DNA of 64,000 nucleotides, from positions 2,418,001 to 2,482,000 of the forward strand of contig CM102284.1 in assembly GCA_046563655.1 (NCBI GenBank), in the 5' to 3' direction. The DNA comes from Yuukianura sp. NJ FZ-2021 (lineage: Eukaryota). Positions 27,805 to 48,860 of the stretch are shown piece after piece (within the stretch, counting starts at the first letter, position 1; each line of letters opens with the position of its first letter). Below the pieces are notes generated by a model. That model was not told the origin of the DNA. It ran no database searches and was given only the letters and a program-made list of their open reading frames with translations. The position numbers and the translations under genes were made by a program.

Positions 27805-28283
27805 ACCGTCTTTGAATCGATGATAAGGACTGACTGCTCATTCACCAAACAGAACAACTACCTATTAACAGTAAACATTTTTTTGACTCAAACTGCTCTC
27901 TGTTTTAGTAAAGGCTAAAATTTAGCCGTTTTATGAATAATGAGATCATACCGCTACGACTTACGTGCTCATAAAAGGGGGTGTGACAGCTGATGAACTA
28001 CACCATGACGATACTACTCAAGTTATCCCGTTCCGAAATACTGTAATTAGTCGAGCAATAAAAGTAATGACAAATGTTAATTTCGTTTTTTCAGTGACTA
28101 TTGGTTGTTATTAACCCTACCACTTCAAAATTCGAATGGAAAAAACCGAACCAAAATCTCATTGGAGGAGAATCAAACACAAATACATACACTCCACTCC
28201 AATCACTCAAATCCAAATCCAAGTCCATCCTTCCATGATCCATCCAACCAAGAGGGAAGGCAAATTGAAGGAACCACTAAATA

Positions 28284-28440
28284 CAGTGCGAATTTTATGT
28301 TTTGGACCAAAAAACCTTCTCCAAAGCCTCTCTTCCTCTCCACCCCGATTTCAACCCTTGGATCAAGGGTCGAAATCGAGGTGGGAAAGAAAAGAGGTCT
28401 TGGAGAAGGTTTTTTGGTCCAAAACATTTGCAGCTCACTG
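28284..28440. mobile_element. Palindromic Tc1/mariner-type MITE
   Basis: TA|CAGTG...CACTG|TA termini; 64-bp arms 28297-28360 and 28364-28427 with 8 mismatches. Confidence 0.75.
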
Positions 28441-30253
28441 TACCTGCTGCTTTGTTTGATGCGAAAATTGGAAAAGAATCATGCGCGGCGAGTTCAGATT
28501 CCCGAAGAGAGCCGGAGAACCAGCGAAGTCATGAATATCTGTGAAACGGTTAAAAGTCTTCTCACTTGTCTTGTCGCCATTAGAAGTGGGTTTTTGCTTG
28601 GGCATTAGGGAGAAACACTTAATATTTGAGCGGAACGTAGGCTAAAATGAGACATTCAAACGCTCTTTAAGTCATAAATGATAAGAACAAGTTTTTGTGG
28701 TGTAATATTTTAACATACCAGTTGACCTTGACCTTCACCCTGGCATAGCGTCATTGTCGGTGAATTAAGAAAACCGTCCGAATTTTCATGAGAAATTATT
28801 AAACTAGTGTAGTACAGATTACAAAGCGAAAGGGGTGTGGCGAAAGCGGGTTAAGTTACTTCTGGCTTATGTTTGGGGTGTCTAATCCACAGAATTTTAG
28901 TGATGAAGAAAATCTCTTTTACCTAACCTAAAAAAAGTTGGTAGAAATAATCAACCGTAACACTATAAAAAGCAGTTTGGCAAAACCGATGTTTCCTTTT
29001 ATTTTTTTTTTCACCTTCAGAACTAGATACAGTGGATATAAATTAACTGAGTTCAGTAATGTTCAGAATCTTGCAATGTTTTAGAATTTATCGCTCTTAT
29101 GAGATAATGCAAGGTAGGTTGTACTTGTAAACAATAATGTAAACGCGGAATTTGGCTAGCCGAATTAAGTTATATGTATATGTTCAAAGCCCGCAACAAG
29201 AGATATCGACTGTTTGATTTGAAGAACAAATTTCCCTTCAGAGATGTTAGTAAAAAAATTTTTTTTTCTGGATACATAAGATGTAGATAAATCCGATCCC
29301 AAGTTTCAAACTGATTCATAAGCGACAATGAAAGCCAAACAAGTTTTTAGCGCCTAAAGTTCCGTTTCGTGCTAGCTATGGTTTACATTACATGCGATGA
29401 AACGCGTTAATTTTAACACCAAAAATATGTACATCGCGGCCAAGCCAAACTAAGGGTAAGGTCCGATCAACTTTTTGTTTCGAATTACCTTGACAACGCA
29501 CATGAATTTAATATATGTTAACATAGTTCCAGCTTTCGAACATACAGGTCAGACCTAATTTATTTAAATGTGCAAATTAGCGACTCGGAAGTAGTCCATC
29601 TAGTAGTCCATTACACTGTACATGCTGATCGTTACCCAAACAAGTAAGGTCAACACTATAGTTTGTCTATCTTTAGAAGAACCTTTTAAAATTTGGAACA
29701 ATTTGAGTCGCGCTATGACAGTTAACATAGAAATGATCAACTTTTTGAAATTTTGTATACAAACCTAATGGAGAAAGTGTTTTTCAAAAACTGAATTTTT
29801 CCATACGCGTCTCAATAAAAGCGAAAAAACGAAAGGTTCTTGTAAAAATAGACAAACTACAACAGTGTTTAACGCTTTTGATGCTTTAAAGTCACTTAAA
29901 ACGACAATGTTGGACGTCGCGAGAACGGTTTTACGCAATTCAGCAATTTCTCGTCAAATTTTCGAGAACGCTGAGACATCTTTCCTATGTGAAAACGTGG
30001 ACACCGCTAATTTTTTTTTGGCAGTATAAGTGCTGCTGTTTAACTGTGTCGTCAACGTGTGTGTGGCCCAGTATAATTGAACGACTCAATTTAACGATTC
30101 CAGAACACTACAAGAAAGAAACCAAATATAGCGAATATACAACTTAAAAATGTAGTTTTTTGTTTTGTTTTTTATACTTTTAGACAAGACCTACTTTTTT
30201 AAAGTTTTCAATTTGAAATAAAAAATTCTAAAAATCATCAAGGTTGCACTAAC

Positions 30254-31071
30254 TAATGTTCGTCTAAAAATGCAAGACCCTTTGTTTATACAAATTTTCG
30301 CTGATTTTGTATTTGTTGCCATACGTTACCGCAAGGTTGAATACAACGTGCGACACATCATTTGTAACCACTAATCATACATCTAATCATCAAAACTAAT
30401 ATCGGACTCAAACTTGGAACTTTTTGCACTATCACTGTTCTTTTTTTGCATCGCAGGTGAAAAAAATGCGAGAAAGTGAAATAAATGCAACTAATGCAAT
30501 AAAGTGCAATAATATGCAATAGAATAAAAAAAACATACAATTTACTGCACTTTGTTGCACTTGATTGCAATTTATTTCATTTGATTTCACATTAACAAGA
30601 GTCAAAAATACTGCACAAAAATGCAAGAAAAGGTGCAAAAATCTCTTTTTTTCATTGCATTTTGTTTGTGTTTCATTTCAGTGAAAATGTCACTTCTGAA
30701 ACATTTCACTTTGTAGCATGCCAATTCTATTTAGGTTGTCTTTAATCATAATTGTTATGCAAGTGTTCTGAGTCAATCCATGCCTTTTCCTCTTTGCCAT
30801 AGGCATTTTAGTAATTAATACAACTAAGAAGTGGAATTAATTAAATAAAAGGAAAAGAATGGACCAGAAAACGGTAATAGTAAAAGGTGACAAAGAGACG
30901 AAGATAATTTTTGACAAATGACGAACAGTGATAGTAAGTTCCTAAATAACCCACTCAGTCGCTGGTGTATACATGGTGTTGCGCACGCGCAAACCCAACC
31001 CGCGCCGAAAAAATTAAAAATACCAAATTGCGAGAATAAATAAAGGGTCTTGCATTTTTAGACGAACATTA
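30254..31071. mobile_element. Non-autonomous DNA transposon (~0.8 kb) with ~35-bp TIRs
   Basis: taatgttcgtctaaaaatgcaagaccctttgtttat at the left is the reverse complement (1 mismatch) of the right end. The outer TA could be a TSD. The interior carries many tgca-core repeats. Confidence 0.75.
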
Positions 31072-32728
31072 ACGTCTAAAGGTAATCGACATTCCTTAAG
31101 CCTTTTCAGGTTTCTAAACTTGTGTAAAATGTGAGCACAACAGACAACAGGTTCTGGCTCACGACATGTCATGTCTCAACAATAATTTAGATTTTAGACA
31201 CAAATTTACACATTTCAGGGTAAAACCACAAAATTTCAATTTTACCGAAAAAAAAAAGTCAAACAATTCCAACGGCTCAACACATTTTGCTATTATGGGG
31301 AAAATTCGGAAAAAGGTTTTTGAATTTCGCGATTCCTTGTGAAAATTCATCTTAAAAGAACCAATTTGCTTGTTGTGTTGATGCGATGTAGAGCATGTGG
31401 TAACACAAACACTAAACATTTAAGGCTCAGAGATGTTGATACACTTATAAAAACAATTACTCAAGTAAATGCGAAATTAAGTAAGCACAAGAGATCAGTT
31501 TCTGTAAATTATTTTCATTACCCGCTTAATTAGTTCATTATTTCTTGGGAAATCGTTTGCGTATTGTTTTTCCATTTGGTCTTCCTAATTTTCATTTGGA
31601 ACTAAAACAGGAAGATAAAATCCTACGCTTTTAGTTCAATGGTTCACTTATTTCTTTTTCCTCAACTTTAAACCTAACCTCGACCTTAACTTTCTCAAAA
31701 GCCAAATTTAACGCCAATTTAGGTTCAAATTGTTGGACCAAATACAGATCCCCAAATTTTTCGAAACGTTTAAATTCACACCCACTAAAAGTCTAAGGAA
31801 TATTTTCATATTGTTGTCCCTTATTCTAAATTGTTTTTATCAAAAGATGTTACGTCAAGTGGACAATTGGATACACGTTAAGAGATCTAGCAGCTAATGA
31901 ACACGACGCATGACTTTTGTTGCCAAAAATCTTTCTGTTGTCACCCCCTACCGGCACATTAGTTTTACTTGTGCAAATTGAGAAGTGAATTCAAGGAAAT
32001 CTTTAGGTTTTAACTACACTTATCAAGAAATCTACCATTTAAGATTGAACGAATCTAAAAAAGTCTCTTAAATGAATTCCTGAGCCGTTGACCGAAAGAG
32101 AATCAACATTTGTGGGTCATTGTCGCACGATCGATTATTAAATGGCGGTAAAGTCCAAGGATTGTTCAAAATTATTACCATTGGACTGACCCACAACAAA
32201 TAAATTACTTTCACGTACTAAAAGTCACTAATAAATAATGAGCTTATAAGGAATATATACACTAAATTTACAACTGAAACGCCTGTACGCGCTCCACTAA
32301 TACCAGCACTCTCTCAAAACGCCTTTGAAAATGTCAACACAATTACTTCAATTACAAAAAAAAATGAAGCTTCTAACACTCCAAACACGCACGCTCCTAA
32401 AAACTACCGACGATCACCACTCAACACATGGATTATTTCTGTTTAAATTGAAACACTACCTATAACCTAATTCTGCCAACATTGAGTCGGAACAATTCGA
32501 AGAAACGCGCCTGTACATTCATCAGATTCAAAAGTTTTCTGCTTTTGCTTCTGAAGATTCTGTTGATTCAACAGTTGAATTTTGAATTGGAACACAAATG
32601 AAGAATACCGGATGCTGCGATTCGGCCGAAGGTGTAGTGGTCGTTTCATATGCAAACTGGGCTGCGTTCGACGTTTGCTGTTCCTCAATGTCTACTACAA
32701 ATTGCTGGGTTCCTAGTATGTACAAGCA

Positions 32729-41065
<8,337 letters not shown>

Positions 41066-42093
41066 GGCCCTTTCGAGAGCCGCAAATTGATCAACGAGGC
41101 GTGACGGTCTAGCCAGGATGAAGGCTGTGGTGTTGTGTTCCACGCTACAGAAGCGTGGTCCACAACGAATTCCTCCGAAGTTACAAAAGCAATAGCTGGG
41201 GTTTGGTACCTGGTTATAAAGATAAAAATGGCTGTTTAACGCCAACTTTCAACTGTAACGACACTGAAAAAAAGCGTATGTTGGTTCTCTAACCTTATTA
41301 GTTGTGTACTAAAGCCTACGCTGGTCAAAACCCTTCCGATCCAGTCATATTGAGTTAAAAAGTTAGTGGGTGCCGAGAACACGAAACAAATCCAGCCGAG
41401 CACTGTACTCGGTAGGAAGGATACTGTGGCAAGCTAATTTAAAACCTCTTCCTCCTCCACAACATTCGTTATATGATGCTGTATCAAAGACGAACCGCAG
41501 CCTTTGCGGTTATGATTTCTTATCCCCCCTTTAACTTCAATCGGCTTCAACATTTCATTTTAGACAACAATTTATGTTTGGTTGCTCTTCGTAAATTAGT
41601 AAACCTGAAATAAAAAGGAAAAAATCAGTGCTCTCTTTCGAGTAATTGGAGATTTTTCTTTTCTGAAATGTGATACGAACTCGGAATAGACTAAATACTG
41701 GGAGTGGGAACCATACCTAAATATGCTTAACTTCGGTAGAATTGTCGGAATTGATAAACATTTACAAAAATTTACTACTCAAACTCAAATGAAGGACATA
41801 GATGAAGTTATCAAATAAATACATTGGAAGTATTTTCTAACCTAAATCCACGCCCAAATCAATGGTTAGATTTTTAAATTTTTTGTTTACAAATTAACGT
41901 GCTCGATTAACTTTATTTTTACTAAAAAGATGCGAGCAGCAAACAATGCTACCAAATTCCGTCATGAACTCAAAAGAAAAAAAAACAGCCAAAAAATGTA
42001 GTAAACCAAATTCTACAACTGCGTGAATACTTAATTAATTTATTGGTTCAATCAAAAGACTTGTATGGTTTACCTTAAGCGAAGGCAGATAAG

Positions 42094-42734
42094 GGCTGAG
42101 TTGCACTTTCATTCTACTCACTCCGAGGTGGAGGTGGGGGTGGAGGTGGAGGTGGAGGTGGCGGTTTTTGGTAGTTGATGGGAAAACAATACTCCCAGTG
42201 TATAGTAGTTGCCCAGCAGTTGTCCATCAGTTGTCCAGTAGTTGACCTTGACACCTTTTCAAGCCAGTTTGCCAGATGTTCAGCTGGAAGCATGTATTGG
42301 GAAAACTATTGGTGGTGGAGGTGGAGGTGGAGGTGGAGGTGGAGGTGGAGGTGGAGGTGGCGGTGGAGGTGGAGGTGGCGGTGGCGGTGGAGGTGGCGGT
42401 GGCGGTGGTATTGTGAGTAGGAGATGGAGGACTAACCTAACCTAACCAATCATTTTTGCTTGTTCTCCGCGCCGAAGGCGCGCGTTAGGTTTGGTTAGCA
42501 TATAATAACTAAATAACCGAATTTGAAATCCGAGGTAACACATTATGTAACCAAGGAGAGTAGAAATGATTGTTACATGCTAACCTAACCTAACCTAACC
42601 TATTAACAAAAAACAATGTATATAGTATCCAATCCACTGTCCTCATCCATCTACCACCTGCCACCGCCACCGCCACCTCCACCTCCACCCCCACCTCCAC
42701 CTCGGAGTGAGTAGAATGAAAGTGCAACTCAGCC
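42094..42734. mobile_element. Non-autonomous DNA transposon (GG termini, 8-bp TSD; Merlin- or Mutator-like)
   Basis: ~75-bp TIRs ggctgagttgcactttcattctactcactccgaggtggaggtggggg...; TSD CAGATAAG at 42086-42093 and 42735-42742. Confidence 0.85.
42311..42409 (+). repeat. (GGAGGT/GGCGGT)n microsatellite inside the element
   Basis: Directly visible hexamer array. Confidence 0.95.
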
Positions 42735-44559
42735 CAGATAAGCTGCTGATTAATTTCGCAAACCAGGTGAGGTGATCCCCAGTAGTGGATGGCTACTGCC
42801 GTTACGTGGATGTTGTTAGGTTGCGAGATGGATTTTGACCTGCCCTTTCCCTACCACTAACCAGTATCTGTGGAAACCAAACCAGAGTACTGTGTAAACC
42901 AAACGTTAGAAGATGAATAGAAAGTGTCCCATGGTGAGTAAATGTGTTTGGCAGAGGTTACTCACTCCGTCCAGTCAAGTCCATCCAACCAAAAAGACAA
43001 AAGAACAGAACAATGGGCAGGGGAGGGAGGTACTGAAGATCTGCAGCCAGATGAGGCACTCAACAAAGTCCAAAGTGGGGGTATGACGATTCGTCATATT
43101 TACTCATTTTCAAATGGGGCAACGTGAGACAAAGTTGCTTTAAAATGCAATGAAATTAACTTCGGGTTATTCCACTCAATAATTAAAGTAGTTCAACGTT
43201 TTGCTTACAGATTTTTTTTATTACAAATCGTCCTGATGTTGAGAATTATAATGAAATAATGTAACCTAAAAATAAGTTAATATAAGTAGTGAGGTTACAT
43301 TATCGTGTATATAATGTTGTTAAATGTTTGGTTTACGGAGGTGCTTAAGGTAAATTGTATTGTATATTTTAAACTGTTTTTTTAAAGATTGTATGGCTTT
43401 ATTTTTGCGAAATGTGATTGGTTTACTATAACATACTTAATTTGCAATATTAGTTTTAAATATTGTAACATTGAGAATTAATTAAGAACGGAATAGTGTG
43501 TTTAGACTTTAGATAAGTGTTAAAATTATTGGGAAGTGTGTAATATTTAACCTTGTTCATCATTAATTTAATTGGACGGCAGAGCGTTGTGTCCCAATTC
43601 ATAGTTAGGCTATATCTACGCTGTTTATATAAATATCAACCTACAAATTGGAACAGCAGTTATTTCTGTCGAATAGTCAATCCGTTCATAGATTTTATGG
43701 CTAACTCCCAGCTCTCTCCCACTTCACATGTAAACAATGCATCTGAAGTTACACTTACAATCCATCATCACAATTCACAAACTGAAATTTTCACGGATGA
43801 CCATAGTGTCTGGCGTCAATCCAGGACATATCTTCCTAAACGCATGAACCATTACAATCTGAATTGTTTAGAACAAATTGAAACCGAGCGTGGTAATTTT
43901 TTTAACCCGACAATTTTTAAAGCGTTTTCGCGCACCATGTACCATGCGCCTGATTCCTAGATTTCGATGAAAGGTGTGGCCGTGTTGCCTGCATAGCCTC
44001 TCCGGATCAGAAATGTGAATTCTAAGTAAAAATCCACTTTAGATAGTTTAAACCATACAAATGAAAGTAAACTGTATTAAATGAAAATTTACTCTTATGG
44101 GGGCACTTTAACCCTTTCCGCTCGGAAACAGTTTTTCAAAATTTTAAAACTTTCGCATTTTTTAGAAATTGCTTGTAAAATTTAAAACTAGACTTTCGTT
44201 CTCGTTTTTGTTGTGGGTACATTTTGCGTTCCTTGGAGACAAGGGAGGAATCAGAGCAGGGAAAAGCTTAGGTCACTCACGCAAATTTTTAAAATTTAAA
44301 ACATCAAAGTTGTCTAAACATCATTGCTTAGCGCGTGAAATTTTGAAATTTTAACAATCGTATACATTTTACGAAATTTTGAAGTTATTTTGGAGACTCA
44401 ATATAATATTCCTCCAGACAAGTTTTCTTAAGCTATGTGCTTGAGTGATATACATATATAGTTGCGAAAATTAAACAATTAATGTGGTATAATATAATAT
44501 ATACTGTATTATGCTATATTATACTATATCAATTGTTTAATTTTGCAACTGTGGCGGGA

Positions 44560-44720
44560 AAACCAGTGAAATTACGTGGTTTGCAAAAAAAATCATTTTA
44601 ATAGTAAATGTAACCTGATCGAGTTAATAAGCGTTACGGACGGACGGACAGACAGACAGACAGACAGACGGACGGACAACACGATCCCTATAAGTATCTC
44701 ACCATACTTAATAAAAGAAA
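44560..44720. mobile_element. Helentron/DINE-1-like (HINE) remnant with a (GACG/GACA)n microsatellite; boundaries approximate
   Basis: ttacggacggacggacagacagacagacagacagacggacggacaac resembles the tetranucleotide core of arthropod HINE/DINE-1 elements. A similar remnant lies near 13300-13500. Confidence 0.4.
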
Positions 44721-44920
44721 AATATTGCGTATAATTTAAAATACGGAACAATAAAATTGGAAAGAAAAGTTCTTACGTTGAGTTTCCTTTATTAATATTT
44801 AAAATGTTGACCTGTATCCGAGGTGATCACCGCTGACAAGACTGACCAGGTCAAGCCATAAACTAGGTGTTGCTATTTAGTGCAAAGCTAATTAGAACAA
44901 GATTCAGCCATATCATGAGT

Positions 44921-47547
44921 TTACTTGTAGTAGACTTTGGTTCCTTGCTGTACTAGAAACTGTTTCAAACCGGTCAAATTCGAAAATATTTTTTTTGATA
45001 CTAAAAGTAATATTTCAGACAACTGCATTACCAGCGTGAAGGCAAATGCAAATACGTAAATGAAGAATATCGTCTGAATGCTATCGTGCATACTAATTGG
45101 TTTGACTAGCATTACGGTATTGTTTGCGCTATTTTGAAGTGAAAACTGAGTTCTTTGTGGTCCTTGTGTGAGAATCATATCAGCCAACCAATGATAAATA
45201 CCCGCTTCCACAATTATTTTAAAATAAAGCGGTATTCTGGACTCTCCGTAGTTTGCAAATTGCCAAACCCGAAAACTATCAAAAATCTGAGCTTCGCTAA
45301 GCCTAAAGTGAATTCCTTTGTAATATCGTTCTAAATATTTTTTCTCCTTTAGTACGCGAGTTAACGTTTCAACATAAGCCGTACGTCCACATTGAGTGAT
45401 ATTCTTTTCCACAGCACTATCATATGGAATGGAGCTGTTGACAGCAGATTTTTTGTCAACGAATACCAAATTCTTTCCGTCACGCTCACTCCACGGAGGC
45501 GGATGCCGACATCTATACGGATTCAAAAGGTGCCACAATAGTTTGTCGTCGCGATGTGGCGGGAATAATGTTGCGTTTGCTTCCCAACTTGTTCTACGCA
45601 ATAACATTCTTCTTTCGTTCCTCTTAAGCATTTCGTTAAATCTTGAATGCTGAATTCTAATATCATTGCCATCATGCGTTTCATCTGGATCTTGAGCATA
45701 CAAACGAAATTCCGTTTCGTTTAGTTCACGGAATTGCGTTTCCAACGTCCTTTGTTGATAGTACTGATGCGAAACATTATACGAGGCATTCGAAGCATCA
45801 TACAATTCTTCAAACTTGGTGACAGATTCCCTGGGTAGTGGAGCTGTAATTGACGTAATGGCTATTCCTTTGTAAGCATTTGTAAATATAATTCCAACAA
45901 GGAGCCATTTGCCTAATACAATGCGAAATTCACGACGGTTCTCAATTTTACTTGGAATTGTTGCGGACTGTTCAACGACAGTTGATGCCATGAAGATGTA
46001 TGGCGAAAAGTGGCTTGATGGTATCCGTAGTAGCCAAATACTCACGTCGGTCAAAACGGCCAAAATACAAATTTGGATAATAAGGCCAATCCAAAGGTTC
46101 GGTTGAAACGGTGTAACGTAATATTCAAAAGATAGAACTGGGTTTGAGTAACAAGTCAAAAACCGGTATTCATCTTGTTCTGTTGGTACTACAGTTGTGT
46201 CCGGAGCGAAGGTAAAATAGCAGGAGGACGACTGAGAATGACCGGCAACGCCAAATGGACTCTCAGCAAATAGATTCATGTCTGGAACAAATGTCGGATT
46301 TGCTCGCTCTTGCTCAGTTGCGGTTGTCAAGTATTTGAACTCAATAGCTGTTGTAGTTGAGTTTCCTTTAGTCAGCAGAAGATTTAAAACAAAGTGCTCC
46401 AATATCTTCTTTCCCCTCGCCTGCATGTTTGCCGGGTTAGTATTTTTCTGAACCTCGCTTTTATAAAAATGAAATCTGGCTTCGCTTTGCGAGCTCAACT
46501 GTCGTATCCAAATATTTCCGCTGAGGTCTTCAGAAAATATACTTTTGAAGGTTGTATCAGAGAAAAGAAGGAACGGATCAACCTATAAAACCGGTATTAC
46601 GTTCATCTTATATTGAGAAAAGGTTTGGTCTGAAATTGCAACGCGTGACCAGGACGCTTACAATGTGTTAAAAAAGAAATCGGCAGGGGACGCCACTACG
46701 TTATATAAGAAGATACTGAAATTGAATACAAGTTTCTTTGAAACGAGTTTTCAATATTTCTAAAAATTTGTCATACGCGCATTTTAAGCAATGTGCTAAC
46801 CTGGCGCCAAGAAGCTGGTGAGCATTTGGGGCAAGCAGCGAAACCTGCTGATTTGCTTCGCAGAAGACGCCGCGTAGTGTTTCCTTCTCTTTGTTTCTCC
46901 CAATAGTCATTGATGAGTAGCACGGCAACATGTACGAAATAAGAATTGTAAGGACGATATAAGTTAAGCAAAAGTGGTTTTGTAGAAACATTCCAACCCG
47001 GTTGCAAAATTCTATAAATGTGCAAAATGTACGTTCTGAATTTCACGTTGATTTGCTTAGGAACTGGAATACCACGATCCGGATCCCAGCTACCATCGGG
47101 CCTAAGGCCCAACTTCGTGCAAACGTGGCTGAATTTAATTTGAATCCCAAAACTATAAACATCCAAAGCTATTTCCCACCATGGTTGCACAAATCCTCTA
47201 TTTTGCCTCATTTCACGGGGACCATTGTGGTCAAATATAATAACATTATAAATACATTTGAAAAATCGGATGTTAATGAAGGGTAGTGAACGGATTTCAG
47301 ATTGAGAGGGGTTGCCAGTGGTTTTAGTTAGAAGTATTGGGTTGCGTATCGTAATTTCTCCAAATCTGATCATAGTTGATGCTATAAATACATTGATGGC
47401 ACATGTTGTATTGATGTTGCTTAATACAGACTCCAGGTTTTCAAATTCTTTTGCGTCTTCTTTATCCGGTTGGCTGTTACATTCAACAGTCCAAAGGCGG
47501 ACAAAAGTGACAAGTATGGTCACTATTATGAATATCGGCGTTGACAT
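44921..47547 (-). CDS. Divergent ionotropic receptor (IR)-like protein, 2 exons (47547-46801, 46582-44921), ~802 aa
   Basis: Signal peptide. A phase-0 intron CAG|gttagc...ttttatag|GTT joins the two ORFs. RFLTCY...YVTPFQPNLW (pre-M1), VLGKWLLVGIIFTNAYKGIAITSITAP (M3), IVEAGIYHW, and a final TM SIQTIFFIY. Confidence 0.8.
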
Positions 47548-48860
47548 GATTTAGTAAAACGATAAATGTGCAATAAATATTTGTGCCGTTAGGATTTGAA
47601 TTAAAAAGAATTACTCAAAACAATATCAAAACCAAATATAGGGAGCAACAAGATTTGACCTGCTAACGACAATACGCTCAGTTTTTATGTGCATTTTTGT
47701 TTTGAGCGGAGGAGTTGCAAAATTATACTTGGGAGCGATACCAGTTTCTATTGAATATTTGATTGAAAAGTTCAAACGCTTTGTAATGAAGGGTAATCTT
47801 TACTGTTCGTGTACATTCCAATTCTCCGTGAACGCCTACTTAGTTTTTTCCTTGTAAGCAGAATGTTGTGTGCATTACCTTCATGACCAATGAGGCAAAA
47901 GTTTCGGGCGGAGATCTTCCTAATCTTTGTGCCGACGTACATACCCATAGGAGCGTATAAACACATACAGGAAACATTTTGTTTTTCCAAATTCGTGAAT
48001 TTTTCAATCCACACTGTGCAATGTTGATTTCTACGCGAGCAATTAAATTTGCCGCGTATTCGCTACATCGATGAGAAGTCACCAAGCTCTTAGTCTCCAA
48101 CAGTTGTTTTATACCGTATATCACATCAAAGTATCTATCACGTTAAGCCGGGCAGTAGTAGGAGAATTACGGTACAGGTTCGTGTTTTCGCATCTACTTT
48201 TGTGTTCAAATTAGTTTTAAAAATGTATGATAATTGAAGCCCATATTATTTCCAAAAAAGAAAAAAATGGGACACACGATACTGTGCATTCAACAACGTG
48301 AAAACTTTCGAAATTGCTGCGAACTTTCTTGTCGAATTTTTCACGATAAATTTAAACAACTGAACACGCCAACTAAATTTTGCAACGCCATTGCGGCGGC
48401 GGGAGTGACTGCTAATGTTGGAACAAAGCCTGAATTATAAAATGCTCTGATGTATTTGTCACTTATATAAATGTCACTTACGTAATTGAACTAATGTAAT
48501 GACGTGCTACGTTTTGCTCCACAACATTGAATAAATGGGGAAGATTTTTGAACTTTTTTCTTGGCTAAAATTTGTCTTATCAGCGAACAAATTCTTGGAC
48601 ATGTCAAATCAGTATTCCTGTCAGGCACACTTACAGTCTTCTATCTCTTGGTTCCGCTTTAATCAATGTTGGACGGTTTGAGCTTAAACTTCATATTTTC
48701 ATCATGAATCTGGAAACTTCATTTACAATTTGAGTCTTTCTTGGTTTGGTGGTGTTTAATGAAATTTTTAATTCAACTTAAAATTCATAAAAACTAAGGC
48801 AATTTTTTTGGAAAGAAGTTAACAAATTCTTTTTTTTTAAGCTTTTGTGTGCGCACCAAC

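Noticed and set aside
28105-28608. Overlapping ORFs with the same peptide on both strands
   Set aside because: Artefact of the palindromic MITE.
42175-42445. ORFs with (WR)n and poly-Gly
   Set aside because: They are translations of the GGAGGT microsatellite inside a transposon.
42580-42601. (TAACC)4 as a telomere-derived sequence
   Set aside because: Too short; similar aacct runs are scattered through introns in this window.
46498-46800. Apparent broken (pseudogene) IR split in two ORFs
   Set aside because: A canonical phase-0 intron (46800-46583) joins them in frame.
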